Shown here: piece after piece, positions 47,801 to 57,664 of the stretch
How the letters are laid out: the number at the start of each line of letters is the position of its first letter
Position numbering within the stretch: position 1 is the stretch's first letter
IMG/VR virus record: IMGVR_UViG_3300015371_000009
Coordinates: 23,983-87,982 of that record
DNA length: 64,000 nt
From: a virus
Direction: 5' to 3' (one strand)
The notes under the pieces: model-generated
The model's input: only the letters and a program-made list of their open reading frames with translations
Told to the model about the DNA's origin: nothing
Databases searched by the model: none
Position numbers and translations under genes: made by a program

Positions 47801-48548
47801 TCGTTGCGCTGACAATGGAAATTTGATTGACGCGCCGCTCTCGATCAATCGCACGAATGCCGCCGCGACGTTAACTGGCACTCTGACGGTCAATGGCAAC
47901 GTACTCTACATGGCCAGCGGCGCCCGCTACCTACAGTGGGACGGCACTTATTTCAATTTCAACGGGCACGTTCGTGCGCAAGGCGCCAATTTCTACGGCG
48001 GTGGTTTGATCGAGGTCACCACGACGATCAACACTAGTCTCGGCGCGTATCGCGCAAACTACGCGAACTTTGGTCCCGCGCCATCATGGGCTGGTTCGGT
48101 CACGACCAGGTGGGACAGCGCATCCAGTCAGGCCGGCATGTCGTTTCACGACATCCAGGGCGGCCTAGCGATCTACACTATGTTTCTTGGTTCATCGGGC
48201 AGCCAGCTTGGCTACATCGCTGGCAATGGCACTGGAATTACATACGCAACTGCCAGCGATTTGCGGCTCAAGGACAACGCGCAGCCGTTTGATGCCGGTC
48301 CGCTGATCGACGCACTAAACCCGGTCCATCACAACTGGAAAGAACACCCCGACGTTTGGGACTACGGCTTGATGGCGCAAGAGGTCAACGAAGTGCTGCC
48401 GCGCGCCGTTGAACCGCCGCGCAAAAGTCCGGACGGCGAGAGCGAAAGCCCGTGGATGCTCGACTACAGCAAGTTCGTGCCGCTGCTGCTGCAAGAGGTG
48501 AAGGACTTGCGGGCGCGAGTTGCCGCGCTTGAGGCCGCCAGACACTGA
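44889..48548 (+). CDS. Baseplate spike (Mu gp45-like) fused to a long fibre with C-terminal S74-like intramolecular chaperone
   Basis: QNYGFTS...GGNRSH...DDRRHR N-terminus; internal repeats; SDLRLKDN...GLMAQEV...LDYSKFVPLL. Confidence 0.82.
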   Translation: MHRATPLNSSFRAYSAGGSRSVVHEVDDSKLMQESKSNFMANETREKIESPQNYGFTSVTADGEKGQDGKLSKGPEAFMSFIGGNRSHPIASIMDDRRHRLFNLIKDAAKGSTAMFGLKEWGQQLLNTDLGWFLTGNIEKKIRLQLVKNQNGQQQTQQGGQPKLARTFRSPHSGVEFEIETFEIAEELATPKATNGGGTGTSNGSGQQGTSKPTGQKTLHKEESKVYVELTKSATTIKTDGQTQFQAAKHARIGPTYRDGDTYTKGIEHAIDHVAGGSASVTPTGDWSASGTPGNVSLLDVGQRVAALEAGGGGGGGGGTVTGATPPLAISGDGTSMSLAMVAPLYVNGSNQQAVAIDGSSIVINGSNQLAATPPWTSISGKPSTFPPSPHTHPSTDITDFAEAVDDRVGGLIVGGTNIALSYNDAANTLTINSTAIGLTDGDKGDIIVSSGGATWLFDPAVVTSAGRALIDDADATTQRTTLGLGNVDNTSDLNKPVSTATQTALNTKEDKTNKGIANGYASLDSGAKVPAAQLPSYVDDVQEFANLAAFPATGSTGIIYVALDTGKIYRWSGSAYVEISPSPGSTDSVPEGSTNLYFTNERVDDRVAVLVQNGTGITWTYNDASNTFTPTVTLAPFSTTNLAEGANLYYTDARVAAAPGVVNKQPLDSTLTALAGLDATTGLVEETGADTFAKRAIGVAAGTSIPTRADADARYAATVHTHVAANITDFSEAVDDRVGSFLVAGSNVTLTYDDAANTLTISSTASGGGAATAIADTPPGSPTAGQLWWESDSGVLWIYYTDANSSQWVQVAGNSVTKTYVDAQDALKLNLTGGTLTGKLNLPASTTSAAPLNLGQGNAPTTPVNGDLISTTGGKLIHRTNNVTYNIAFESYVDAGDANLANSRVAKAGDTMTGNLQISNTQPTLTLNKAASGQYNLIAGLTNGTYRWRIDLGDGNAESGSNAGSHFAINRCADNGNLIDAPLSINRTNAAATLTGTLTVNGNVLYMASGARYLQWDGTYFNFNGHVRAQGANFYGGGLIEVTTTINTSLGAYRANYANFGPAPSWAGSVTTRWDSASSQAGMSFHDIQGGLAIYTMFLGSSGSQLGYIAGNGTGITYATASDLRLKDNAQPFDAGPLIDALNPVHHNWKEHPDVWDYGLMAQEVNEVLPRAVEPPRKSPDGESESPWMLDYSKFVPLLLQEVKDLRARVAALEAARH

Positions 48549-48558
48549 AGGGTGAACC

Positions 48559-48852
48559 ATGCCGCTCGACTACGCCGCTTCTGCTGATCTGATGAAGGAC
48601 ATGGAGTTTCAGGGCCGAATCAAATGCGCCTGCCTGAAATATGCGACGTACATCACCGACGAGGCGTCATCGACGCCGGCGCACAACACGCGGCTGCGAT
48701 GGGCGAGCGACACGCTGGCCGCGCCCGACGTGGCCGCCGCCCGCATTGCGCCGGCCGTGGTGATGGATGCGCAAGTGCAGCAGGACGGCTCGGCGATCAG
48801 CGACGCGACATTGCAAACCGTGGTCGAAAACGTCGTCAACAAGATGCTGTAG
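48559..48852 (+). CDS. Tail-associated hypothetical protein
   Basis: Position; clean ORF. Confidence 0.7.
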   Translation: MPLDYAASADLMKDMEFQGRIKCACLKYATYITDEASSTPAHNTRLRWASDTLAAPDVAAARIAPAVVMDAQVQQDGSAISDATLQTVVENVVNKML

Positions 48853-48854
48853 CG

Positions 48855-50189
48855 ATGGCGTTCGATTTTCCAAGCTCGCCGACCGTTGGTCAGACCTACA
48901 CTTCCGGCCCGGCCAGTTTTGTCTGGAACGGCTACGGCTGGGAGCAGGGCAGCAATGTCATCACCGCTGATGGTGACAAGGGCGACATTGTTGTTTCCGG
49001 TGGCGGTGCGAGTTGGATGTTGGACTCATCCGTCGCGACCGCTGCCGGTCGCGCCGTGCTTGATGATCCTGATGCGGCGGCACAACTGACAACGCTCGGC
49101 GCGGTCGGCTACGGGACCGCGCAATCACTGACCACCGCGCAGCAAGAGCAAGCGCGCAAGAATGTGTACGCCGCGCCGTTCGATGCGCTGGGTTACTACG
49201 GCCTGCAGACCAACGGTTCGGCTGTCCTCAATCAAGGAGCAGAAGGCTTTTCAACTGCAATCGACACTGGCGGCTATATTTGCGATGGCTGGACAGGAGT
49301 CACGGCTGGCACAGCCAACAAGATTGACATCCTGCAACAGACATCCGGGCCAGTCGGCATTCCAGGCTCGGTCTTTCTGAGGGCAGGAGCAGCCATCACG
49401 TTTGCTGCTGGCGGTTATGCCTTGCTCGGCACAAACATCGAAGGCTATCGCTGGATGCGCTTGCAGTATGGCGTCGCGAACGCGCAGCCGGTCACGGTGG
49501 CGTTTTGGGTTTATGCGTCGATCACAGGCACGGCCGCGTTTGTTGTGAGAAATGCCGCCGCCAATCGATCCTATGTCGCGACGTTCACCGTCAACGCAGC
49601 CAACACTTGGGAATATAAAACGATCACGGTCCCCGGCGACGTGACTGGCACTTGGCCGCTCGATAATAACTGGTCCGCATATCTGTGGTTCTGCGCCGGC
49701 ATCGGCACGACCTACGCGGCGCCGACGCTCAACACCTGGCTCGGCGCAAACTATTTGGGCGCCAGCGGTCAGACCAATTTCCTCGCGACGCTCAATAACG
49801 TGTTCTACATCAGCGGTTTGATGGTGCTGCCGGGCAATGAAGCGCCACCGCAGGCGCGAGCAAGTTTCATCCAGCGTCCGGTGGAGCAGGAGTTGCTGCT
49901 GGCGCAGCGGTACTATTGGGCGGACACCAACCCGACCTGGATTTTTGCCGACGCCGTGTCGGCCGGTCCGTCGGCCGCCTATTTGATGCAGCCGGTCTAT
50001 CACCCGGCGACGATGCGGATTGCGCCAACAATTGGTTTGCCGACATTCAACCTTGGTAGCGTTGGAGCGGTCGGCGCGAACGGTGGCAACCCGAGGGGGT
50101 TTTTGCTGCAAGCTCTGCACAACGCTGCGGCTGGTCAGCGGGTCTATTTCAACTACGCAAGCGGCAAACTAACTGTTTCGGCGCGATGA
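48855..50189 (+). CDS. Tail fibre / receptor-binding protein
   Basis: FDFPSSPTVGQ start; ANTWEYKTITVPGD; ELLLAQRYY...MRIAPT. Confidence 0.8.
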   Translation: MAFDFPSSPTVGQTYTSGPASFVWNGYGWEQGSNVITADGDKGDIVVSGGGASWMLDSSVATAAGRAVLDDPDAAAQLTTLGAVGYGTAQSLTTAQQEQARKNVYAAPFDALGYYGLQTNGSAVLNQGAEGFSTAIDTGGYICDGWTGVTAGTANKIDILQQTSGPVGIPGSVFLRAGAAITFAAGGYALLGTNIEGYRWMRLQYGVANAQPVTVAFWVYASITGTAAFVVRNAAANRSYVATFTVNAANTWEYKTITVPGDVTGTWPLDNNWSAYLWFCAGIGTTYAAPTLNTWLGANYLGASGQTNFLATLNNVFYISGLMVLPGNEAPPQARASFIQRPVEQELLLAQRYYWADTNPTWIFADAVSAGPSAAYLMQPVYHPATMRIAPTIGLPTFNLGSVGAVGANGGNPRGFLLQALHNAAAGQRVYFNYASGKLTVSAR

Positions 50190-50190
50190 C

Positions 50191-50694
50191 ATGACTGACA
50201 TCCGGCTGGTTCAGCAGGGCGAGTTTCCCTATCAGACCGAGGTGTCGGTCGATTGGTTGCTGCGCGGCGACGGCACGCTCGACGATACTGAATCGCTGGC
50301 CACCTCGGTGATTGTCGCGCTCGGCACCGACCGCCTGGCCGATCGCAATGACGTGCTTCCCGATCCGGATTCGACCGATCGGCGCGGCTGGTGGGGCGAC
50401 CTCGACGCCGAAGAAATCTGGCGCGGCTGGCCGATCGGCACGCGGCTGTGGCTGTTGCGACGCGCCAAGATCACCGGCCCGGAGGCGTTCGAAGGCTCGA
50501 CGCTGGTGCGCATCGAGCACTACATCCGCGAAGCGATTCAGCCGTTCATCGATCTGAAGGCCGCGTCGCGCATGAGCGTTCAGGTTCAGCGCGTCGACCG
50601 GCAACGCATCGATGCATTGATCCAGCTCTACCGCGGCCCGACGCTGGCGGTTGATCTGCGCTACCAAATCTTGTGGGCGGACATTGTCGAGTGA
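50191..50694 (+). CDS. Baseplate protein (Mu gp46-like)
   Basis: L.TDR.A...RRGWWGD...IGTRLWLL.RAK. Confidence 0.9.
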   Translation: MTDIRLVQQGEFPYQTEVSVDWLLRGDGTLDDTESLATSVIVALGTDRLADRNDVLPDPDSTDRRGWWGDLDAEEIWRGWPIGTRLWLLRRAKITGPEAFEGSTLVRIEHYIREAIQPFIDLKAASRMSVQVQRVDRQRIDALIQLYRGPTLAVDLRYQILWADIVE

Positions 50695-50697
50695 CGC

Positions 50698-50790
50698 ATG
50701 CCGACTGACCGCGAAGCGATGATCATCGTCATGGTCACCGGCATCATTCTGATCGCAGTGTTTATCGTCATCCTGACGCTGCTGTACTAA
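50698..50790 (+). CDS. 30-aa single-TM peptide
   Basis: MPTDREAMIIVMVTGIILIAVFIVILTLLY fills the gp46-gp47 gap. Confidence 0.4.
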   Translation: MPTDREAMIIVMVTGIILIAVFIVILTLLY

Positions 50791-50805
50791 CCCCGGAAAA
50801 TCGAA

Positions 50806-51897
50806 ATGCCTTGGAACACCCCGACTTTGCGGGAGGTGCGAAGCCTTGTCCGCGATGCCATTCGCGGCAGCCTGCCCGGCGCCGACGCGTCGGTTCCGAA
50901 CAGCGTGCTGCGTGTCCTGTCCGATAATCAGGGGGCGTTGTGCCATCTGACGCTGCAATATGTTGACTGGTTGTCCAGGCAGCTCATGCCGGATTTAGCG
51001 GAGGCCGAGTGGCTCGATCGGCATGGCGACATCTGGCTGACCAACGCCGACGCCACCACCGGCCGCAAGGTGGCGACGCTGGCCAGTGGCACCGCGTCGT
51101 TTGAGGGTACGCCGCTGCTGACCGTCCCGACCGGCACGCAGCTCAACGCACAAGACCAAGCCTTTGAGACTACGGCCGACATCATCATCGGTGACACTGC
51201 GACCGAAGGCCCGATCCGTGCGCTCGATCCCGGCAGCGCCGGCAATTTGCTGCCCGGCGTGGCGCTATCGTCTGACCTCGACGGCCTGACCGGCGCCACG
51301 GTGGTGAGCCTGGACGGCGGCACCGATACCGAAACCGACGATCAGCTGCGCGAACGGGTGCTCCGGAGAATTCGCCAGCCGCCGATGGGCGGCGCCGCCC
51401 ACGATTACGAGGCTTGGGTTTTGGCCGTGCCCGGCGTCACCCGCGCGTGGTGCGGCCCGCTCGAGATGGGCATCGGCACGGTCACGACGCGATTCATGAT
51501 GGACGATTTGCGCGCGTCGAATGCCGGCTTCCCGACCGCGTTCGATGTGCAGACCGTGACCGAATATCTCAACACGGTGCGGCCGGTTGCGGTCAAAGAC
51601 TTCTTTGTCGCCGCGCCGATCCCGCAGCGGGTCGATGTCTACATCGAAAACCTGACCCCCGACTCGACTTCGATTCGCGCCGGCATTCAGGCCAGCCTGG
51701 AGGACATGCTGCGAACGCGCAGCGAGCCGGGCGGCACCGTGTTCGCGGCCTGGAAATACCACGCGATCATGGAAGCGCCCGGCGTCACTTCGTTCGATCT
51801 GCGAGTCGTTGATGATGACGTGATGCAATCACCCGGTCACCTCGCTGTCTTAGGTGACGTCGTCTACACAGTCGCCTTCGATGCCAGCGCCAGTTGA
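50806..51897 (+). CDS. Baseplate J-like protein (Mu gp47)
   Basis: GSAGN...GGTDTETDDQLRERVL...GGAAHDYEAW...VPGVTRAW. Confidence 0.92.
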   Translation: MPWNTPTLREVRSLVRDAIRGSLPGADASVPNSVLRVLSDNQGALCHLTLQYVDWLSRQLMPDLAEAEWLDRHGDIWLTNADATTGRKVATLASGTASFEGTPLLTVPTGTQLNAQDQAFETTADIIIGDTATEGPIRALDPGSAGNLLPGVALSSDLDGLTGATVVSLDGGTDTETDDQLRERVLRRIRQPPMGGAAHDYEAWVLAVPGVTRAWCGPLEMGIGTVTTRFMMDDLRASNAGFPTAFDVQTVTEYLNTVRPVAVKDFFVAAPIPQRVDVYIENLTPDSTSIRAGIQASLEDMLRTRSEPGGTVFAAWKYHAIMEAPGVTSFDLRVVDDDVMQSPGHLAVLGDVVYTVAFDASAS

Positions 51898-52573
51898 TCG
51901 CGATCGGCATATCCGACGCTCGGGCGACGATTACGCGCAAGCGTTTCTCAGCCTGTTGCCGCAGGGTCAGGCTTGGCCGCGAACGATCGGCTCGACGCTC
52001 GAGCGCGTCTGCAACGGGCTCGCGCAATATTGGGGCTCGGTCGACAACCGCGCTGGCGAGCTGCTCGAGGTCGAAAGCGATCCGCGCATCACGGCTGAGA
52101 TGCTCGACTGGTGGGAGCGGGCATGGGGCTTGCCCGATCCGTGCTGGACCACTGAGCAGACGCTGACCGCTCGCCGCACGATGCTGATGCTGCGCTACAC
52201 GATGATCGGCGCGCAGTCGCGCGCATGGTTCATCGAAATCTCGGCGCTGCTCGGCTACACGATCGAAATCAGCGAGCTGGCGCCGTACATGTGCGGCATC
52301 AGCAAATGCGGCGGCCAGCTCGACGAAATGGGCTTGCCGCGCTGGCAGCTCGGTCCGCCGGAGCTGCGGTTTTACTGGAAGGTCCACGTTCACGACGCGC
52401 CGCTGCATTGGTTTCGCGTCACGCAAAGCGAGTGCGGCGTCGATCCGCATCTGCGCATCGGGTTTGCCGAAGACCTCGAATGCATCCTGCGGCGATGGAA
52501 GCCCGCGCACACCGAAATCGTTTTCGACTACTCGGGATACATTCCCGGCGACCCGATGGCTGGAACACCGTAG
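51881..52573 (+). CDS. Baseplate protein (Mu gp48/YmfQ-like)
   Basis: LLPQGQAW...WERAWGLPD.C...LEC......PAHT. Confidence 0.9.
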   Translation: MPAPVDRDRHIRRSGDDYAQAFLSLLPQGQAWPRTIGSTLERVCNGLAQYWGSVDNRAGELLEVESDPRITAEMLDWWERAWGLPDPCWTTEQTLTARRTMLMLRYTMIGAQSRAWFIEISALLGYTIEISELAPYMCGISKCGGQLDEMGLPRWQLGPPELRFYWKVHVHDAPLHWFRVTQSECGVDPHLRIGFAEDLECILRRWKPAHTEIVFDYSGYIPGDPMAGTP

Positions 52574-52585
52574 CGAGGACTCAAC

Positions 52586-54202
52586 ATGAAATATCAACCA
52601 CCGTATGGCTCACCCGGCGCTGATGATCCTTACGTCAACGGCGATCCGACAATCGCGCGCCAAGGGTCGATCATCCCGGCGCAGGCGGTGGAGCATCCGC
52701 AGCGGGAAATCGTCGAGCTGATCGAGAAGTCGGGCATTGCCCCCGCCGACACCGAACTCAATCAACTGACGTACGCCGCACGCCGGCAGTTCATCAATTT
52801 CTGCGTTGACAGCGGCGCCGCCAACGCCATGTCGGTCGCGCTCGATCCGCCGCTGAATTCCTATTCGCAGGGCATGCCGCTGCGCGTGCTGGTGGCGCAC
52901 AACAACACCGGTCCGACAACCATCAATGTCAATTCGGTCGGCAACCGTCCGGTGGTGCGCGCCGATGGCGCCCAGCTGCAGCCCAACGATTTGCGCGCCG
53001 GCATGATCGCGCTGCTCGTGGATGACGGCACCAAATTCCAAATGGTGAACTTCCAGGGCTTCAACTCCAACACCATCACGACCAACACCTACACGATCCA
53101 CATTCCCTACGTTCAAGACACCGGCAGCCCGAACGCGCTGGTCGCAAATTTTTCGCCAGCGATCACGACGTTCAACAACGGCGACCTGATCCTGGTGCGT
53201 GTCGCCTATGCCAACACCGGCGGTGTTTTGATTTCGATCAACGCTACGGGCAACTACAACCTGTTGCGGAACGACGGACAGCCGCTGCAAAGCAAGGACC
53301 TGATTCCCGGCGAATGCATCCTGCTCGAGTGGAATATCAACTACTGGCAGATGATGCACATGGTGCGGTCGCAAGTTTACATGAAGCTGACCGCCGACCT
53401 GACGCTCTACATTCGCACCGACGGCAACGACGCCAACGACGGCTCGCAAAACGACGCGGCGCACGCCTTCCTGCACATTCAGGCCGCAGTCGAATACGTC
53501 AGGCGCAGCTTTCTAATCTCTGGCCGCACCGTGGTGCTGCAGCTTGGAATTCCGGGCACCTACAGCGGTCCCGGCAACAACTCGCTATCGGGAAATTGCT
53601 CGATTGAAATCAGCAATCTGCCGGGCAGCATTGTCATCAAGGGCGACGACAACAACCCAAGCTCATACATCTTGATGGGCTCAACCAACGCCCAAACCTC
53701 ATATCCGTCGTGCATCGCCATCAGCGGCTCCGGCACCGATGTCACTTGCGCCGGCGTGACGTTCTCAAACCAATCAGACAACAATCACGTCGTGCAATGT
53801 TTCGCCAACGCGACGATCCGGATCAACAACTGCAACTGGTCCGGGCTTGGCACGATCGGCGCTCACGTCGCCACCTTCAACGGCGCGGCCTGGCTCTACG
53901 GATATTTCCACACCTACTCGCAGGCCTCGGCCTTCCTCAGCTCGATGGGCGGCGATGTTCACTTGCCGGCGTGGTTCTCACTGACCAACACGCACGGCAT
54001 CAATTTTTCGCGGGCGTTCATCGATCTGTTCAACGCCTACGGCGAAGTCGATTACGGCTTTGCCGGCTTCACCGGTGGCGCCAGCGGGCCGCACTTCAAC
54101 ATCGTCGCCAATTCGGTGCTGCTCACCAACGGCCCGCAAGATTTCTTGCCTGGCAACCAGCCCGGCCAGTCCGATAGCAGCAGCGTCTATTACGGCACCT
54201 AG
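52586..54202 (+). CDS. Tail fibre / tailspike protein
   Basis: QREIV..IE..GI N-terminus; duplicated NTG..TIN module; YIRTDGNDANDG; beta-helix-like C-terminus. Confidence 0.8.
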   Translation: MKYQPPYGSPGADDPYVNGDPTIARQGSIIPAQAVEHPQREIVELIEKSGIAPADTELNQLTYAARRQFINFCVDSGAANAMSVALDPPLNSYSQGMPLRVLVAHNNTGPTTINVNSVGNRPVVRADGAQLQPNDLRAGMIALLVDDGTKFQMVNFQGFNSNTITTNTYTIHIPYVQDTGSPNALVANFSPAITTFNNGDLILVRVAYANTGGVLISINATGNYNLLRNDGQPLQSKDLIPGECILLEWNINYWQMMHMVRSQVYMKLTADLTLYIRTDGNDANDGSQNDAAHAFLHIQAAVEYVRRSFLISGRTVVLQLGIPGTYSGPGNNSLSGNCSIEISNLPGSIVIKGDDNNPSSYILMGSTNAQTSYPSCIAISGSGTDVTCAGVTFSNQSDNNHVVQCFANATIRINNCNWSGLGTIGAHVATFNGAAWLYGYFHTYSQASAFLSSMGGDVHLPAWFSLTNTHGINFSRAFIDLFNAYGEVDYGFAGFTGGASGPHFNIVANSVLLTNGPQDFLPGNQPGQSDSSSVYYGT

Positions 54203-54205
54203 CCC

Positions 54206-54619
54206 ATGAGCAATCTGCTTGCGCTTCCGTTCGTGCAGATGTCGGTGCAAACCGGCAACAACGAAGACTGGATCGACGCGCTCAAATACGTGTCGCCGCC
54301 GACCGGTATGGACCCGGAAGACCCGGCTGCGCCGCAGACCGACTTGCGCGGCATCACCTTCGAAATGGAAGTGCGCCGCTCGCGCGATGACCACGAAGTG
54401 ATCATCAGCGCAACCACCGCCGACGGCTCGCTGTCGGTCGGCGCCGCGCCGAATTACGGTTACTTGATCTTCAGCATCAGGTCGGAGGTGATGAGGTCAA
54501 AACGCGCTGGTGACTACGTCGCCGACGTGGTCGGCCGTGACGATCAGTACGCGCGCAGAGTCATCGACATGGACCTGACGATCGTTGAAGGGGTCACCAA
54601 ATGGCCATCACCAGCATAA
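54206..54619 (+). CDS. Tail fibre adaptor-like protein
   Basis: DLRG..F.MEVR...Y..D.V...IVEGVT pattern. Confidence 0.6.
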   Translation: MSNLLALPFVQMSVQTGNNEDWIDALKYVSPPTGMDPEDPAAPQTDLRGITFEMEVRRSRDDHEVIISATTADGSLSVGAAPNYGYLIFSIRSEVMRSKRAGDYVADVVGRDDQYARRVIDMDLTIVEGVTKWPSPA

Positions 54620-56076
54620 CCAGCGCGATTGAAGGCGGGAGCGGCGTCGCCGTTATCGCCTGCGCGCCGCTCGCGCCAGCCGGGCCGATCATCGCCGGCA
54701 CCTCGATCACGTCGATCGACATCGGGCTCGGCAGCAAGGGCCTGATCATGCAGCAATTCGGACTCGGCTTTCAGCCGGGCATCCGCGTGCGCGCGTCGGC
54801 CGACATCAATCACTGGATGGAAGGGCCGGTCACTTCGTTCACCGATCAGCAGCTGATCATCAACGTCGACCTGATCTACGGCACCGGCACCTTTGCCTCA
54901 TGGTCGGTCACCGTCGCCGGCCAGCCCGGCCAGCAGGGACCAGCCGGGCCGCAAGGTCCGCAAGGCACGCCGGGCGGGCCGGAGGGGCCGCCGGGACCAA
55001 CCGGCGCGCAAGGGCCGCAGGGTGTGAGTGGTCCTGCCGGGGCAACCGGGCCGCAGGGCATCGATGGGCCAGTTGGGCCGCAGGGGCCTCCCGGCGTCGA
55101 CGGTCCGCCTGGGCCAACCGGTCCTGCCGGCACACCGGGAGGGCCTCCAGGTCCGACGGGGCCAGTCGGGCCTGCAGGGCCGGCCGGGCCAGCCGGGCCA
55201 ACTGGACCGCAAGGCATCCAAGGCGTGCCGGGCCCAGCGGGCACCGCGTCCTATCCGCTGCAGATCATCAGCGGCAATATCTCGCTGCGCTACGGCAACC
55301 CGTTCACGGTCGACGGCTCGAACAACCTGATCATTCCAAACGGCGTCTACGTCAGGGTGACCGGCGACGTGATGACCGGTGCGCTCTCGGTCGGCGCTGG
55401 CGCGGTGCCGGCAAACGCTGCCAACAACCAGCTTTTCACCAGCACCTGGTCTGGCAACAATCTGGCGTTCAACAATTATTTGAACGCCGGCGGCGCCTGG
55501 ATCGCCACCACGACGAACTTTGCTGGGTTGCTGTCGTTCGATGCAAACGCAGGCCAACTTAATGTTTGGATGGGCGACAAAACAACGGCCGGTCAGGGTA
55601 TCACGCAGTATCAGAATCCATTTCAATTTCGGCAGAACGGAATCTTTTGGGCGAATGGCGGCTATGCTGACATCAACGGCTACGGCGTTCGTTTCAGCTA
55701 CAATACTGGCAACGGGATACTGCAGCACTCGAGCGCAGGCGCGTCGTTCCAGACGATTTGGGACGGCAGCTCGGTCAAGACCGGATTGGCCGGCAGCGGC
55801 TACATCAAATTTCCGAATGGCGTGATCCTGCAGTGGGGTTCGGTTGGCGGCGCGGTGGACGATCAGGTTGTGTATTTCCCGACGGTGTTTCCAAGCGGCG
55901 TCTGGTCGATCGTCGGCAGCGTCTTTAATAGCCCTGATTACACTCAGGCGCTGACCTTCCACGTGCGCAGCGATTTCACCAACGCTTACTTCGTTGGCGC
56001 AATTCGCAGCATCGTCAACGGTGGCTTGGTCAACCATCACGACAGCCCGTACTTCTGGATGGCCATAGGGGTCTGA
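54601..56076 (+). CDS. Collagen-containing tail fibre
   Basis: Gly-X-Y tract and C-terminal [14 protein letters not shown]...FP..FP...WMAIG. Confidence 0.82.
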   Translation: MAITSITSAIEGGSGVAVIACAPLAPAGPIIAGTSITSIDIGLGSKGLIMQQFGLGFQPGIRVRASADINHWMEGPVTSFTDQQLIINVDLIYGTGTFASWSVTVAGQPGQQGPAGPQGPQGTPGGPEGPPGPTGAQGPQGVSGPAGATGPQGIDGPVGPQGPPGVDGPPGPTGPAGTPGGPPGPTGPVGPAGPAGPAGPTGPQGIQGVPGPAGTASYPLQIISGNISLRYGNPFTVDGSNNLIIPNGVYVRVTGDVMTGALSVGAGAVPANAANNQLFTSTWSGNNLAFNNYLNAGGAWIATTTNFAGLLSFDANAGQLNVWMGDKTTAGQGITQYQNPFQFRQNGIFWANGGYADINGYGVRFSYNTGNGILQHSSAGASFQTIWDGSSVKTGLAGSGYIKFPNGVILQWGSVGGAVDDQVVYFPTVFPSGVWSIVGSVFNSPDYTQALTFHVRSDFTNAYFVGAIRSIVNGGLVNHHDSPYFWMAIGV

Positions 56077-56077
56077 C

Positions 56078-56386
56078 ATGAACGATGTGACCTATCGCGC
56101 CGTGCTGGGCAAAAACGGCGAGCCGCGCGGCTTCTATCCGTCCGACATTTTTCCTCCTGGCGAGGACGGCAAAAGCAATCCGAAGGTGCCGCGTGAGGCC
56201 GTTGAAATCAGCGCAGAAGTCTATCGCGCGCTGATCGAAAACCAGTCGCGCGCCCGCTACATCAACGGCAAAGTTGAGATGCGCGAGCCAATCGCAGCGC
56301 CGCCGGCACCGAACACAATACCGACGCCACCGAACCCGCTGGACGCAATCCTCGAGCGGCTCGAGCGACTTGAAAAACGGAGATGA
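56078..56386 (+). CDS. Tail fibre assembly-like protein
   Basis: GFY...P.EAVEIS.E.Y..L, directly after the fibre gene. Confidence 0.7.
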   Translation: MNDVTYRAVLGKNGEPRGFYPSDIFPPGEDGKSNPKVPREAVEISAEVYRALIENQSRARYINGKVEMREPIAAPPAPNTIPTPPNPLDAILERLERLEKRR

Positions 56387-56826
56387 TCATGGCCGACAAG
56401 ACCACACCGCCCGCGCCGGAGCAGCGCGCGCCGGAGCAACGCACCATCACCCCGCCCGCAGACTTGCCGCCGGAGTTCGTTGCCGATTACCCCGAGGCAC
56501 CGACCCGCCAAATTACGCCGGTGACCTACGCCACCGAAAGAGAATCCTGGGCGTGGTCGTGCAACGTGTCGCGAAATTTGATTGATGCATGGACAGCGTC
56601 GACGGGCGCGATGGCGCACCGCGGAACGGGCATTCCGGGAAAGGCTCCGACGCCCGGAAATGTCACGTTGAACGTGCCGCACGGCACGCACGTCGACGTG
56701 GTCGAGCAGAATCAACAGCCGCAGAACCAGGCGGCGGCGCAAACGAAAGCGCCGCCATTGCCGCCGATGCAACCGCTGCGCATGGGCGCGCCAACGCCAT
56801 CACCAGCACCGAAACCGAAACCCTAA
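56383..56826 (+). CDS. Pro-rich hypothetical protein
   Basis: GGAGA RBS; operon packing. Confidence 0.6.
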   Translation: MIMADKTTPPAPEQRAPEQRTITPPADLPPEFVADYPEAPTRQITPVTYATERESWAWSCNVSRNLIDAWTASTGAMAHRGTGIPGKAPTPGNVTLNVPHGTHVDVVEQNQQPQNQAAAQTKAPPLPPMQPLRMGAPTPSPAPKPKP

Positions 56827-56840
56827 AAGAGGAGGTTTCC

Positions 56841-57140
56841 ATGGCCTGCTTGTCACTCGCATTCTGGTATGACGTGTTCGTCTATGTCGTTGTGCTGGTC
56901 GCAGTGTGCGCGTTGCTGCGGCTGCTGGTCATGGCGTTGGGTGGCGCGTCAGGGCCATTCTGGCCGCCGACGTTCATGCCGCCAGCCGGCGCTGCCAACA
57001 GCCTGCCCGGCTTCATCGCTGCAGCCTTGAATATTATTATTTGGGCGATCATCGTCCTGTTCATTTTGTGGCTGATCTTCATGTTGATCGGTTGCCTTGT
57101 CGGCGGGGGAGGCTGGCCGCTTCGTTTCCCTCGGCCGTAG
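56841..57140 (+). CDS. Two-TM membrane protein (holin candidate)
   Basis: GAGGAGG RBS; two hydrophobic helices near the endolysin. Confidence 0.55.
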   Translation: MACLSLAFWYDVFVYVVVLVAVCALLRLLVMALGGASGPFWPPTFMPPAGAANSLPGFIAAALNIIIWAIIVLFILWLIFMLIGCLVGGGGWPLRFPRP

Positions 57141-57225
57141 GCGGCGGCGAGAGTCAGGTCGCGCCGCTGCCGCCCTACCCACCGGCGCCGCCGCCGATCT
57201 GCCGGAACTGCTGAAATGAAATGCC

Positions 57226-57576
57226 ATGATCCGATGGCTGATCTGGTTTGCGTTTGTTGTTGCGCTGGCGGCGATCGTCAGTGACAGCCTGTCGCAGAAG
57301 GTGACCCACCCGTACAATCCGTTGGCGCATCCAGTCCAACCGATCCTGCCGACCTACTGCATGGACGAAGCATCGCGCGAGAAGCTGCGGGTGATCATGT
57401 TCAAGGCCATCGACGAAGCGCTGGAGAAGCATATCGAGCTGTTGTGGGAAACATGGATGAAAGACTTGCGCGACAAGAACCAACCGGCGCGCGCCCGCGC
57501 TGGCATTCATCACGGCATGGGCATTTATTTGCATTCGATGGTGGCGGTGACGCAGTGGAGCCCGCCGCAATGCTGA
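57226..57576 (+). CDS. Membrane-anchored hypothetical protein
   Basis: N-terminal hydrophobic segment; lysis region. Confidence 0.55.
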   Translation: MIRWLIWFAFVVALAAIVSDSLSQKVTHPYNPLAHPVQPILPTYCMDEASREKLRVIMFKAIDEALEKHIELLWETWMKDLRDKNQPARARAGIHHGMGIYLHSMVAVTQWSPPQC

Positions 57577-57664
57577 AGTGGCGGCAAAGCCCGAAGCGTG
57601 GTCACGCTGTGAACAGTTCGGTAGCCGGGAAGGGACGCCCGGCCCGCCACCGGAGAAAAATGTC

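Noticed and set aside
44889-56076. DGR or invertible tail-fibre switch
   Set aside because: No reverse transcriptase or invertase, and no adenine-specific TR/VR pair seen; the shared module differs at all base types.
56906-57214. Overlapping ORF considered as an o-spanin
   Set aside because: No lipobox or convincing start.
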